Part shown: positions 29,447-38,469 of the stretch, piece by piece
Numbering within the stretch: position 1 is the first letter of the stretch
How the letters are laid out: each line of letters starts with the position of its first letter
From: a virus
IMG/VR virus record: IMGVR_UViG_3300035660_000005
Span: 14,298 to 78,297 of that record
DNA length: 64,000 bases
Reading direction: 5' to 3' (one strand)
The notes under the pieces: generated by a model
What the model saw: only the letters and a program-made list of their open reading frames with translations
The model's database searches: none
Told to the model about the DNA's origin: nothing
Program-made: the position numbers and the translations under genes

Positions 29447-30096
29447 AGTACGACTACGGCTTCCCGCTCATGGTCGACATCGTGCCGGCCACGAAGCCAC
29501 CTGAGAAGGACGGCTTCTGGATCCAGCACTACGAGATCACCGAAGAGGAGGTGCACCGACAGCACTGCCGCCTCGACTGGACAATGCGTGGTCTCGAGCC
29601 TGGCACCTACTGCGTGCTACACCAGCGGCGTGATGGACACGACAGTCAGTGGATGTCCGACACTTGGCTCGAACGGTACACCAACGCGGACTTCCTCAAG
29701 AAGGCAACTGGCCACGTCCTTGTCATCGGACTGGGCATTGGCTTGTTACCTGTGGCACTCTGCCGCAAGGTGGATGTGGAGTCTGTCACTGTGCTGGAGA
29801 TCGAGCCGCAGGTAATCGCTTTGGTGGAGCCGCACATCCGGCACCCGAAGCTCCGCCCCGTTGTCCAAGGCGACGCCTTCGAGCCACCACCGGCACTGCT
29901 CAGTGTTCGGTACTTCGACGCCGTCTACGCGGACATCTGGGCCGACATCTGTTCCGATAACTGGGAGACAATGAAGCCGTTGCTAGCCCTCTACCGGAAG
30001 GCCGCTAAGAAGGGCGCGCTGGTGACGGCGTGGCTCAAGGATTATATCCAAGCCGAACACAAAGCAACACGGCAACGGTACGGAGGGTACTGGTGA
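29443..30096 (+). CDS. Class I SAM-dependent methyltransferase (spermidine-synthase-like fold)
   Basis: VLVIGLGIG, VTVLEIE, GDAF and FDAVYADIW motifs. Confidence 0.8.
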   Translation: MKYDYGFPLMVDIVPATKPPEKDGFWIQHYEITEEEVHRQHCRLDWTMRGLEPGTYCVLHQRRDGHDSQWMSDTWLERYTNADFLKKATGHVLVIGLGIGLLPVALCRKVDVESVTVLEIEPQVIALVEPHIRHPKLRPVVQGDAFEPPPALLSVRYFDAVYADIWADICSDNWETMKPLLALYRKAAKKGALVTAWLKDYIQAEHKATRQRYGGYW

Positions 30097-31502
30097 TGAA
30101 GCAAGTACGGGCAGAAGGTATCCCGAAAAGGGCAGCGCTAATCCCTCTGGGCTCCCCACTCCTGGAAGTTAGGGAAAGAGGTAGACTTGTGAGAACGCTT
30201 TGGCTCGAGCGACCGCCCGCCGGCATCGGTATACAACTGGTCGACCCGCATCGGCAGCAACCTTTCAGTGTGTGGTACCGAGGCCAGATCCACTACTTCT
30301 GCGCGACGCGCACAGAAGCAGAGGGGCTGCTCGCTGAGCTACAAACAAGTCCGCCAGCGGTGGAGGAGCTCGAATGAAGATGGCGATTGACCGCGACTAC
30401 CTCATGTTCGCGCTTACGAACGCGCCGCACGGTGCAGAGATTGACGGCATGCGCATCCTCCGCCGGAGCGGAGACCTGGAGATCACTTGGCACATGCCCG
30501 ACGATCCTATCGCCTGCGGCAAGATCTTCCTCGGGTCGGGAAGAGGCATCGAGGCATTTCCATGGGCAGCTGGAGGGAAGACAGCGGCGCCGCCACCGAG
30601 CCGACCTCAGACGGTCGAGAGGGGAATGAAGTAGAGATGAAGTCCGAGTCTCTGACGATCCGATACCTCAAGCAGGTCGACAGTCTGCTTGAGCAGGCCT
30701 ACGAGAACACAAGTTACATCAAGGTGCGGGCGATCATCACCGGCGCACGTGCACACGTAGCCATGGCGCTCGACAACATCGCCGCGTACAAGGCTGGATC
30801 ACGTGGCACCACACAGTAAGCGCCGACGAAATCCAGGCCCCATTGGCCGGCCACCAGAAGACCGCAAGGGCGTCTACGCCAAGCAGAAGGCGAAGGCAGA
30901 CCAAGCGGTGCTGGACAAGCTGGCACGTCGACGGATCTTGCTGCCGACCCCCAGGCAGGTCATACAAGTCAACAAGACGAGGAGTGACAAAGCATGAAGG
31001 TGCTGACCGAAGCCCAGATCGTGGACGCGATGCGCAGTTCGTTGAAAGAGCGCCCACTCGGAGCGATGGGCACATGCATCGTGGATGGAGCGCGCGTGAT
31101 CTACGAGCTTGCTATGCGGCTGGGTCACACAACCGCCCGTGAACAGATGGCCTTCGCCAAGCAGTGCATGCCGAAGGACACGTGGAAGGAGCGAGCATGA
31201 AGGAAGAGTCGCACCTCGTCTACATCGTTTGGCGCGACAGCGTCGGCGCACCTCACTACGTGGGCTGCGATTGCGAAGACATACCGGCGACTATCCTGCT
31301 AGAGGGCGTGGCCTGGATCGTGAACGAAACCGAACAGGATCTGGTCGTCGCGGCCTACCGTTCGAACGACGGCGGCTGGATGGATGTAGTCGCGATTCCA
31401 CGATGCGCCATCGAGAAGATCTACCGCATCCAATGGCCCCAACCGGTGCTGCAGGTCGAAGCGATTAAGCTGGATGCAGACTTCCTCGGGGCACCGGACT
31501 AG
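30096..31502 (+). CDS. Run of small early hypothetical genes (30096-30377, 30374-30634, 30637-30819, 30803-30997, 30994-31200, 31197-31502)
   Basis: Translationally coupled ORFs; converge on the polyvalent gene. Confidence 0.55.
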
Positions 31503-34500
31503 CGGGTAGTCACGACTGGCTTGCGCTTCGCGAAGCCACCCATACTGAGCCCGCGAATCTGCCCGCTCTTCACGAGACGCCAGCCGGCGTCGTTCCAGAG
31601 TACGCCCATCCACACGCTGTTGGCGGGAATGGTCGTCTCCTTCGACTTACCGTCAGGAAGTGTGAGCTTTGTCGTGACCTCCCAAGGCCACGCGACGATG
31701 TCGACCCACTCACCAACGGGGATGATCCCTGCAGCGCCGTGCTGAAGATAGATGCGTCGGTCGCCGGCCTGCACGTAACCCCACTGTCCCTTCTGGAGCT
31801 CGTCTGCCATGATGAACTCGTCGTGGGCGTCGAGCTCTGGGTCACGCGGCATGTTGGTAGCCTTGTAGCAGACACCGAACGTGTACTGCTCCTCAGCGGC
31901 CTTCTCGAGCACGGTATACTCGAACGGCTGGGTGTCGCCACTCTTGGCGACCTCCGCCTGGTCGGTGTGGCTCGCACCGGCAGCAAGCGCGAACATCTGT
32001 CCGTCCAGGCCCACCTCTCCGAACAGGAGCTCGCTCTCGTTCCAGTTGCGCAACAGGTCGTCGTCCACGTTGACAAGTACCAGCTTCTTGACGCCGGCAG
32101 ACTTCAGGTCACGCGACGCATCAAGCGCGGACGGCAGTGCCCTGCCGCCTGGTAGGTACTGCGTGTCCTTCCAGCCGTGCGCTCCGGCGAAGACAAGGTC
32201 AGCGTCCTCCACCATGTAGCGGTCGGGGCCAAGTGGTCCCCAGATGATGGTGGTGCGCTTCTCTTCCTTCTCGTCATAGACTGCGATCTCGAAGCAGACC
32301 GCTCCCTCTTCGCCAGCACAGCGGCCATAAGCACCCCATGGGCGCACGTACACACGGTCTTGTGAGTAGCCTGCATCGTAGCCAGTGCACAGCTCCACGC
32401 CGAGTGTCTCTGCCTGCTCCTTGATGTCCGCCAGATGCGTGTTGTACGGGTTGGTGATGAACCACGCGTCCACTGCCTTCGGCAGCTTCTCGAGTAATCC
32501 TGGTCCGCCGTCGAACACGAACGACTTGTTCGCCACCTGAACAAGCAGTCCGTACGGGGAGATGCGCGACTCTACCTGCTCGCCGCCGGTGCCGAGTAGT
32601 GTCACCTTGATGTCGGCCGCCTTGACCAGACGTGGTCCGTTCTCGTCCAGTACCAAGTCGAACAACGGCGTCGCTTCTGGGTCGCCACGTCGGTCGAACT
32701 TCACGGCGGGCACAACCCCTGCCGAGCCTGCGATCAGTGTCGCGATGCCCTGAGCCAGACTTGGACTCCAGTACTCGGGTTCGCGGTCAGCCGCCTCGCG
32801 CACTACCAACTCGATCGTCTTCGAGCCGGCCATCGGCTTGTACGAGATGAACGCTGGGATGACAGTCGGCACGCCCTTGATCTGCCAGACCCACTTGCCG
32901 TGCACCTGTCGGTACAGTGTGTTCCCGCCACCGTGGTGCTTCGAAACGGTGTCGGACTTGACGATGTTGGGGTGCTCCTCGACCCACTTCTTGGCGCTGG
33001 TGAGTGTCCACTCGTCGTCCGTCGGGAACCTGAGCGCCTGGACTGTGGTGGTCTTCTCCCCCTTGAGCTTCCCAATCACGGCGAATACTCGAGGCTTGGT
33101 AGCCTGGATGGTGATGCGTCGGAACGAGTCCTGCTCGAAGTCACCAGGCTCTCGCACCCTATGTCGAATCTCGTTCTCCGTCGTCTCCCAAGCCTTTGCC
33201 AGCATCTCCTCGGTCTCCTTCTTTACGACGCCGGCAAGCACCTTCCACTGATCAGCGTCCTCCACTTCCAGTGCCGCCAACAGCGCGTCGCCACTCTTTG
33301 GGATGTCGATGAAGTACGGACCATGGGCACCATCACTCCACACCAAGTGTGGTTGACGCTTTCCGCGTAGCTCCTTGATGACGTCGGCGAGCTTGTGCTC
33401 CTCGGCGTAGGGCGTGTCGGACTCAGGCTTGCTGACGAGCCACACACGCCGACCACCCATCGGTGCGAACGTGATCTGGTAACGACCCTTCACCTTCGAG
33501 CCGCTCAGGAACACCTCGAACATGTGCTCACGCGCCACACCCAGTTTGTACGTGCCTCTGTCGTACACAAAGAACTTGGCCCATGCCTGTGACGTGGCGC
33601 CGACCTCCTCCGGCTCCGAGATTGCCGGCTTGCCGACGCCAACGTTCAGCCACTCCGTCGGCTGTGCTAGCTTCCACGAGCCCTGAAGGCTATCGTCTGT
33701 CGGCAGGTTCTGGAGACGGTCGCCACCGGCAGCCTTCACCTCAGACGCCTTGCCCAGGAATGTTGTGAAGCCCCACAGTGCGTCCTCGCCCTGCAAGCGG
33801 AGGTCGCCGTGCACCGAGTGGTCGGTGTCGAGCAGGGTAGACTCACTGGTGCCCTTCGCTTCATCCTCAGTCAGGCCACGCCAGTGGTGATGGTAGACGA
33901 AGCGTCCACGACCCGAGCGTGGCAGTGCGTCGAACCAGCTCTTCTTCCAGTAGGCAGCTACCTCGCCGGCACGGCCCTCTTCCTCGTGTGGGCCTGCCTT
34001 CGCGAGTGAGAACATCAAGCTCTGCGGCACGAACTCGAAGTCGACTACCTTCATCCCTCTGCGCCTTGAGCGTGTAGCGACGCCTGGTACCGACCACAAC
34101 TCGGCGTTCGGGTCGCAGTCATTCGACGCCATATGGTAGTCGTCGCAACGCTCGCAGAGGATGATTGTGCTCTTCTGCGTCGGCTCCATCTTCTCCTCGC
34201 GGAGTGCGCCGTAGCGGCGAGCCAGATCGATTGCTTGCTGCACCGTGTACGCTGGTCGGGAGCGATCAGGTCCCTGCGGTGTCGGCTTGCCCCACGTGAG
34301 CGTTCCGTCGCTCAGTAGGATCATCTCCTCCACCGTCACGTTGAGTGTGTCGCCCTCGCCCGCCAACTGTGTCGGCGAGACGAACGTCTTGCCCAGTTTC
34401 TGGTAGGGCTTGCCGTCGATGTCCACGACACGACCCTTGGGGATTCCCTCGCTCGGTTCGCGCAGTGCACAGTCGTAAGTGTAGCCGTTGGCCACCTTGT

Positions 34501-35776
34501 TCACGCTCAGGACGCGTGCCTTGATCTCCACCGTGCGCTTCGTCTTCGCGTAGTCGTTGGTGGAGCCAAAGCTGTACGGCATGTTCGGGTCTCGCGTCAC
34601 CACACCCTCGATCGGGAGGTCGCGCCCGCCAGGCCCACCGTAGTTGAGCAGCCGGTTAGCCATCGACTTCAGTGACGCCTCGCTCTTCGCTTCCTGCTGT
34701 GGCAGTGCGACGAAGCGCGCTCCGAGCGTCGAGGCTGCTCGCTTGATCAATGCGTATCGTTCACTGAACGGCTGCTCGTGCACATCGGCCCCGTCGAAGT
34801 AGACCATGTCGTACAAGAACACGACCGGCGTGGCGCCCTCGAACTTGTTGGCGAGCAACGAGATCAGCTCTGGACGCGCCACGTACTTGCCACCCGAGAC
34901 CGCCTGGAGCTCGCCCTCGACCACCATGGACGTCTTGCACTTGCGTAGGGTGTCCATCAGTGAGGGCACGTCGTACTCCTGCTTGGCGTCCTCGGAGTAG
35001 ATCATCGCACGACCGCCAGCACAGTGGATCAGCGCACGTAGTCCGTCCACCTTCGGTGACACCAACACAGTGCCCTGCTTGTCCACAACCTTCGAGGCCC
35101 AGTCGTCCCACAACTCCTTGACGGAGACGAAGTCGGTGTAGTACTTCATGGACGGCTTCTGTGCGGTGTACTTGTCGAAGGGGTTGATGCCGGCGCTCTT
35201 GAACCGAGGAGCCCTGTTCTCTGGCCCGAACCGAGCACGACGCTTCTCGAGGCTCGCCGCCTTGACGAGCTTCGCCTCGCCAGTCGTAGTGCGCAGCACA
35301 AGGTCGAACACCGGCACGTACTGTCCCTCGTGTGGACCCTGCGGACTGAACAGTAGGTGCAACTCCTTGCCGGTCTTGTCAGGATCGAAGAAGCGACGCA
35401 GCAGTAGCATGAGCGACTCACGGTAGTAGTTTGGCACATCCCCATCTTCGCGGATGAGGATATCCAGGTCGTGGGCAGCAGCCAGTCCCTCGCGCGCAGC
35501 GCTGCCGACCACGCTCACGTAGTCGGGAACCACGACGACGTCGCTGGCCGCCTGCTTCGGGAGCTTCGCCTGATCCAGCCCAGGGTGCACGTTGTGTTCC
35601 ATGCCACGCTTCTCCATCTCGGCAACGATGAAGCTGTGGGCATTGACGATGGTCTCGATGGACGCACCGTTCTCCTTGGTGTTGGCGAACCACTGGTGCG
35701 TGCGGCGATGCAGCGAGAGTAGCTCGTCATCCGGTGCCTTCTTCAGGGCAGCCGGGGTGATCTCTTCGAGGGTCAT
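31499..35776 (-). CDS. Polyvalent head protein: Pol-beta-type nucleotidyltransferase + ATP-dependent DNA ligase + LigD-phosphoesterase-like + degenerate MBL-fold + C-terminal XkdF-like prohead protease
   Basis: VVGS...HDLDILIR; SPKVDGLR / VEGEL / LYDMVYFDG / EGVVTR / AKTK; HHHWRG...HGDLRL; VTLLGTGG...VFDGG; DAHDE...YLQH...WMGV...VKSGQIRGLSMGG. Confidence 0.85.
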   Translation of the reverse strand: MTLEEITPAALKKAPDDELLSLHRRTHQWFANTKENGASIETIVNAHSFIVAEMEKRGMEHNVHPGLDQAKLPKQAASDVVVVPDYVSVVGSAAREGLAAAHDLDILIREDGDVPNYYRESLMLLLRRFFDPDKTGKELHLLFSPQGPHEGQYVPVFDLVLRTTTGEAKLVKAASLEKRRARFGPENRAPRFKSAGINPFDKYTAQKPSMKYYTDFVSVKELWDDWASKVVDKQGTVLVSPKVDGLRALIHCAGGRAMIYSEDAKQEYDVPSLMDTLRKCKTSMVVEGELQAVSGGKYVARPELISLLANKFEGATPVVFLYDMVYFDGADVHEQPFSERYALIKRAASTLGARFVALPQQEAKSEASLKSMANRLLNYGGPGGRDLPIEGVVTRDPNMPYSFGSTNDYAKTKRTVEIKARVLSVNKVANGYTYDCALREPSEGIPKGRVVDIDGKPYQKLGKTFVSPTQLAGEGDTLNVTVEEMILLSDGTLTWGKPTPQGPDRSRPAYTVQQAIDLARRYGALREEKMEPTQKSTIILCERCDDYHMASNDCDPNAELWSVPGVATRSRRRGMKVVDFEFVPQSLMFSLAKAGPHEEEGRAGEVAAYWKKSWFDALPRSGRGRFVYHHHWRGLTEDEAKGTSESTLLDTDHSVHGDLRLQGEDALWGFTTFLGKASEVKAAGGDRLQNLPTDDSLQGSWKLAQPTEWLNVGVGKPAISEPEEVGATSQAWAKFFVYDRGTYKLGVAREHMFEVFLSGSKVKGRYQITFAPMGGRRVWLVSKPESDTPYAEEHKLADVIKELRGKRQPHLVWSDGAHGPYFIDIPKSGDALLAALEVEDADQWKVLAGVVKKETEEMLAKAWETTENEIRHRVREPGDFEQDSFRRITIQATKPRVFAVIGKLKGEKTTTVQALRFPTDDEWTLTSAKKWVEEHPNIVKSDTVSKHHGGGNTLYRQVHGKWVWQIKGVPTVIPAFISYKPMAGSKTIELVVREAADREPEYWSPSLAQGIATLIAGSAGVVPAVKFDRRGDPEATPLFDLVLDENGPRLVKAADIKVTLLGTGGEQVESRISPYGLLVQVANKSFVFDGGPGLLEKLPKAVDAWFITNPYNTHLADIKEQAETLGVELCTGYDAGYSQDRVYVRPWGAYGRCAGEEGAVCFEIAVYDEKEEKRTTIIWGPLGPDRYMVEDADLVFAGAHGWKDTQYLPGGRALPSALDASRDLKSAGVKKLVLVNVDDDLLRNWNESELLFGEVGLDGQMFALAAGASHTDQAEVAKSGDTQPFEYTVLEKAAEEQYTFGVCYKATNMPRDPELDAHDEFIMADELQKGQWGYVQAGDRRIYLQHGAAGIIPVGEWVDIVAWPWEVTTKLTLPDGKSKETTIPANSVWMGVLWNDAGWRLVKSGQIRGLSMGGFAKRKPVVTTR

Positions 35777-35793
35777 GTCACTATCCTATCACA

Positions 35794-36726
35794 TTAGACC
35801 GGAAAGCTCTCCATGGGTGGAAGCCAGCCCTTCGTGTTGGCCCCGATGTCGCAACGGCAGTGGGGGTGCAGTGGCGGGTACTCGCCACCCCACTCGAAGG
35901 AGTTGCCAATCTTGACCCAGCCCTGACCAGCAGCTTCGATACAGTAGTCGCACACCCGAGAGATGGTCGCTGCCGGCGAGCCGGCGGCCGTCAACCAGCG
36001 CCGCTCCTTGATGCCGTTACGCACCATCGTCTCGTGCGCTGTGTTGCCGTAGACGCGGGCCGTCTCTGTACGAGCTACCGTCTCCGCCCACTTGCGTCCA
36101 GCCTCGGGCATCGCGTGCAAGATCTCGGACGTTACTTCGGGCACGGTCTTCGGACGTGCTGGGTTCGCCGCCTCCAACGCGATGCGCGCCAACTCCTCAG
36201 CCCACGTGCCGGCCGAGTCCTCCAGGTAGCCGGTGACCTGCCCGGACAGTTCTGGGTACAACTCGTGGAACATCAGCTCGGTGTCTGTCCACCTGTAGCC
36301 ACCACCCAGTTGCTTCTCCACGAGCTCGGCCCAAGGTGGCTTCGTTTTCATCCCCAACTGCCGACGGACCGAGCGCTCACCCAGCTCGGCGGTGCTCGCC
36401 AACTCGGACATCAGTTGACGTGCCGGCTTGTCGAGCTTGAGCTTCTGCTCGATGTGCTTGGCCAGCGCTGCCTTTGCCTTCGCCGGTGCGCGTGCCTCGT
36501 CAGGGAACTTCTCCCAGAGGGCGCGAGCGATGCGCGCCAGCTCTGCTGACGAGACCTGCTCGGCGAGGCCGCCGTAGTACTCCTTCGCCGCTCGTCTTAC
36601 CTTGGCCTCAGCCGCGAGCCGCTGCTGGTAGCGTGTCGCCCATTGTCCGCTCGGACTGGCCGCCAACCAGACCGCCTCCAGACCACGGTGCAGTCGCTTG
36701 ACTGTGTCCCAGCCTACCTTCATCAA
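35794..36726 (-). CDS. MuF / SPP1 gp7-like minor head protein
   Basis: ARTETARV, RRWLT, CDYC and PPLHPHCRC motifs. Confidence 0.88.
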   Translation of the reverse strand: MMKVGWDTVKRLHRGLEAVWLAASPSGQWATRYQQRLAAEAKVRRAAKEYYGGLAEQVSSAELARIARALWEKFPDEARAPAKAKAALAKHIEQKLKLDKPARQLMSELASTAELGERSVRRQLGMKTKPPWAELVEKQLGGGYRWTDTELMFHELYPELSGQVTGYLEDSAGTWAEELARIALEAANPARPKTVPEVTSEILHAMPEAGRKWAETVARTETARVYGNTAHETMVRNGIKERRWLTAAGSPAATISRVCDYCIEAAGQGWVKIGNSFEWGGEYPPLHPHCRCDIGANTKGWLPPMESFPV

Positions 36727-36781
36727 TCGGTCCCCAACGTGTACCTGGAAGAAGTCTCTGCAAGTCTCCGCGAAGCTGGCG

Positions 36782-37510
36782 TCATGTCGTCAGGCTCTCG
36801 AACGTTGATGATGGCTCTGGTTCAGGACCGGCACCGAGTGGTGGTCTCCAAGGTCCCTCACACTCATCCAGTCGCGGCACCTCATAGCGCTGACAGAGCA
36901 GGTGGGTCAGCTGCTCAAGCTCGAGTCCCAGACGTACGATCCGAAGACGGGCCATGACGGACACCTCGGTGTAAAGCGCGTCCACCTCCTGTAGCACCGC
37001 GTCGTTGACGCCGTGCTTCTTGAACCAGCCGTTGCAGCCCCACTCGTACTCGTGAAGGCAACGTCGGCGCAGTGCAGCATAGCGTCGGTCCTCGTTTCCA
37101 CTGGACATCCCGCAAAGGAAGCCTTGGACCACGAGGAAGTCACTGTGGGGACAGCGCGTGTCTATCGTCATGTCCACCGCCCGCAGTGCGAGGATCCGCA
37201 CCTCCTCCGCTCGACAGACGCCATCGTTGTGCTCGACCACTCGGCCGATGAGGTCGACCGCCCCGAACACTACCAAGCGAACCATCTCGCTGGGATGGCG
37301 ACTGCTTAGGAAGTTGGTCTGACACCATGGCAGGCAGGCGTGTACTCCATGGAGTGACCCGTACGACGTCGTCCCAATCTCACCCTCTGGGAGCTGGTCG
37401 GCTACGAGGTGACTGTCGTCCCACAGGCACGGCATGAACGTACTCTGTAAGACAGGCACGTCGTCCTTCGTGTCCCAACGAACACGCCACTCCCTGAACG
37501 CGGTCCTCAC
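36782..37510 (-). CDS. Hypothetical protein
   Basis: Start refined to GTG at 37510; HGVHA...VFGAVDLIGRVVEH...RAE pattern. Confidence 0.55.
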   Translation of the reverse strand: MRTAFREWRVRWDTKDDVPVLQSTFMPCLWDDSHLVADQLPEGEIGTTSYGSLHGVHACLPWCQTNFLSSRHPSEMVRLVVFGAVDLIGRVVEHNDGVCRAEEVRILALRAVDMTIDTRCPHSDFLVVQGFLCGMSSGNEDRRYAALRRRCLHEYEWGCNGWFKKHGVNDAVLQEVDALYTEVSVMARLRIVRLGLELEQLTHLLCQRYEVPRLDECEGPWRPPLGAGPEPEPSSTFESLTT

Positions 37511-37731
37511 TGTCGGTGTACCTCGTGCTGCTCCTTGCAGTCCTGTGAGCAGTAGTCGTTGTGCAGCAGCTTGATCAGGTTCTCGAGGCACTGCCAGCAT
37601 AGTAGCTGAGTCCACGGCAGCCCCACGATCCCGATCGACACCATCAACGTCACGCGTGGTAGGTCGTCCAGGTCGCGCTCCGCACTGCAGCATGAACAGA
37701 TGAACGTCTTCTCTTCCAGCTCCATCATCAT
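37507..37731 (-). CDS. Small Zn-finger protein
   Basis: CSCC...CWQC...CSQDC. Confidence 0.55.
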   Translation of the reverse strand: MMMELEEKTFICSCCSAERDLDDLPRVTLMVSIGIVGLPWTQLLCWQCLENLIKLLHNDYCSQDCKEQHEVHRQ

Positions 37732-38153
37732 CGTTCCCTTCTCCTAGCGGACGACACGGTGAACCGCCAGTTCCTTCTGAGCGCCGGCTGACCCTTGGCG
37801 TTGACGACGTACCACATCCGCATCATCTTCTTGTCTTGCGGCTGCTCCTCCTCGCGCTCACGAGTGGCGATCTTCTTGTAGGGCTCGCTCATGACAGCAG
37901 CGCTACCAACGCAATCACCAGCGCGGCGCACCCGAGCACCGCCCCGGCTACCGTGCCAAGCGTGTTCCAGAGAACCATGGTGTGCGTCCAACCACCACGC
38001 TGAGCGATGTCCTTCAGGATCTCCACGAGCGTCGCGTCGCCTTCGTTCGTCAACTTACGACCCCCTTACGGGTACGGGATATGTGCACTCATGAGTGCGA
38101 GGAGGATCCCCGTCACGATAGCCAACGACGAGAGCAGTAGCATCCTAACCATC

Positions 38154-38468
38154 TTAGCCCTCCGTGCCGTCACCTATCACGTCCGACAGCATGCCGTAGA
38201 ACTTGCCCTCGCTGACGGCCTCGACGATGCCACCACCCTCCCAACGATAGTACCACCAACCACCCACGACGACCTCGATGTCCTTGTGGAAGCAGCCCTT
38301 GGAGTCGCGGATCACCTCATCCTCTGCCCAGGTGTACTCGGTGACCGTCTCGTCTGGTCCCTTCACTCGTAGCGTGACGGTCGTCGGATCGGTGAGCGCG
38401 CCAACTCCGTTGTCGAAGGTAGCCGACACTCGCACCGTGATTCCGATCGCGTAGGCGTTGGTGTCCAT
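38154..38468 (-). CDS. Virion accessory (Ig-like) protein
   Basis: TDPTTVTL...GWWYYRWEG. Confidence 0.6.
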   Translation of the reverse strand: MDTNAYAIGITVRVSATFDNGVGALTDPTTVTLRVKGPDETVTEYTWAEDEVIRDSKGCFHKDIEVVVGGWWYYRWEGGGIVEAVSEGKFYGMLSDVIGDGTEG

Positions 38469-38469
38469 G

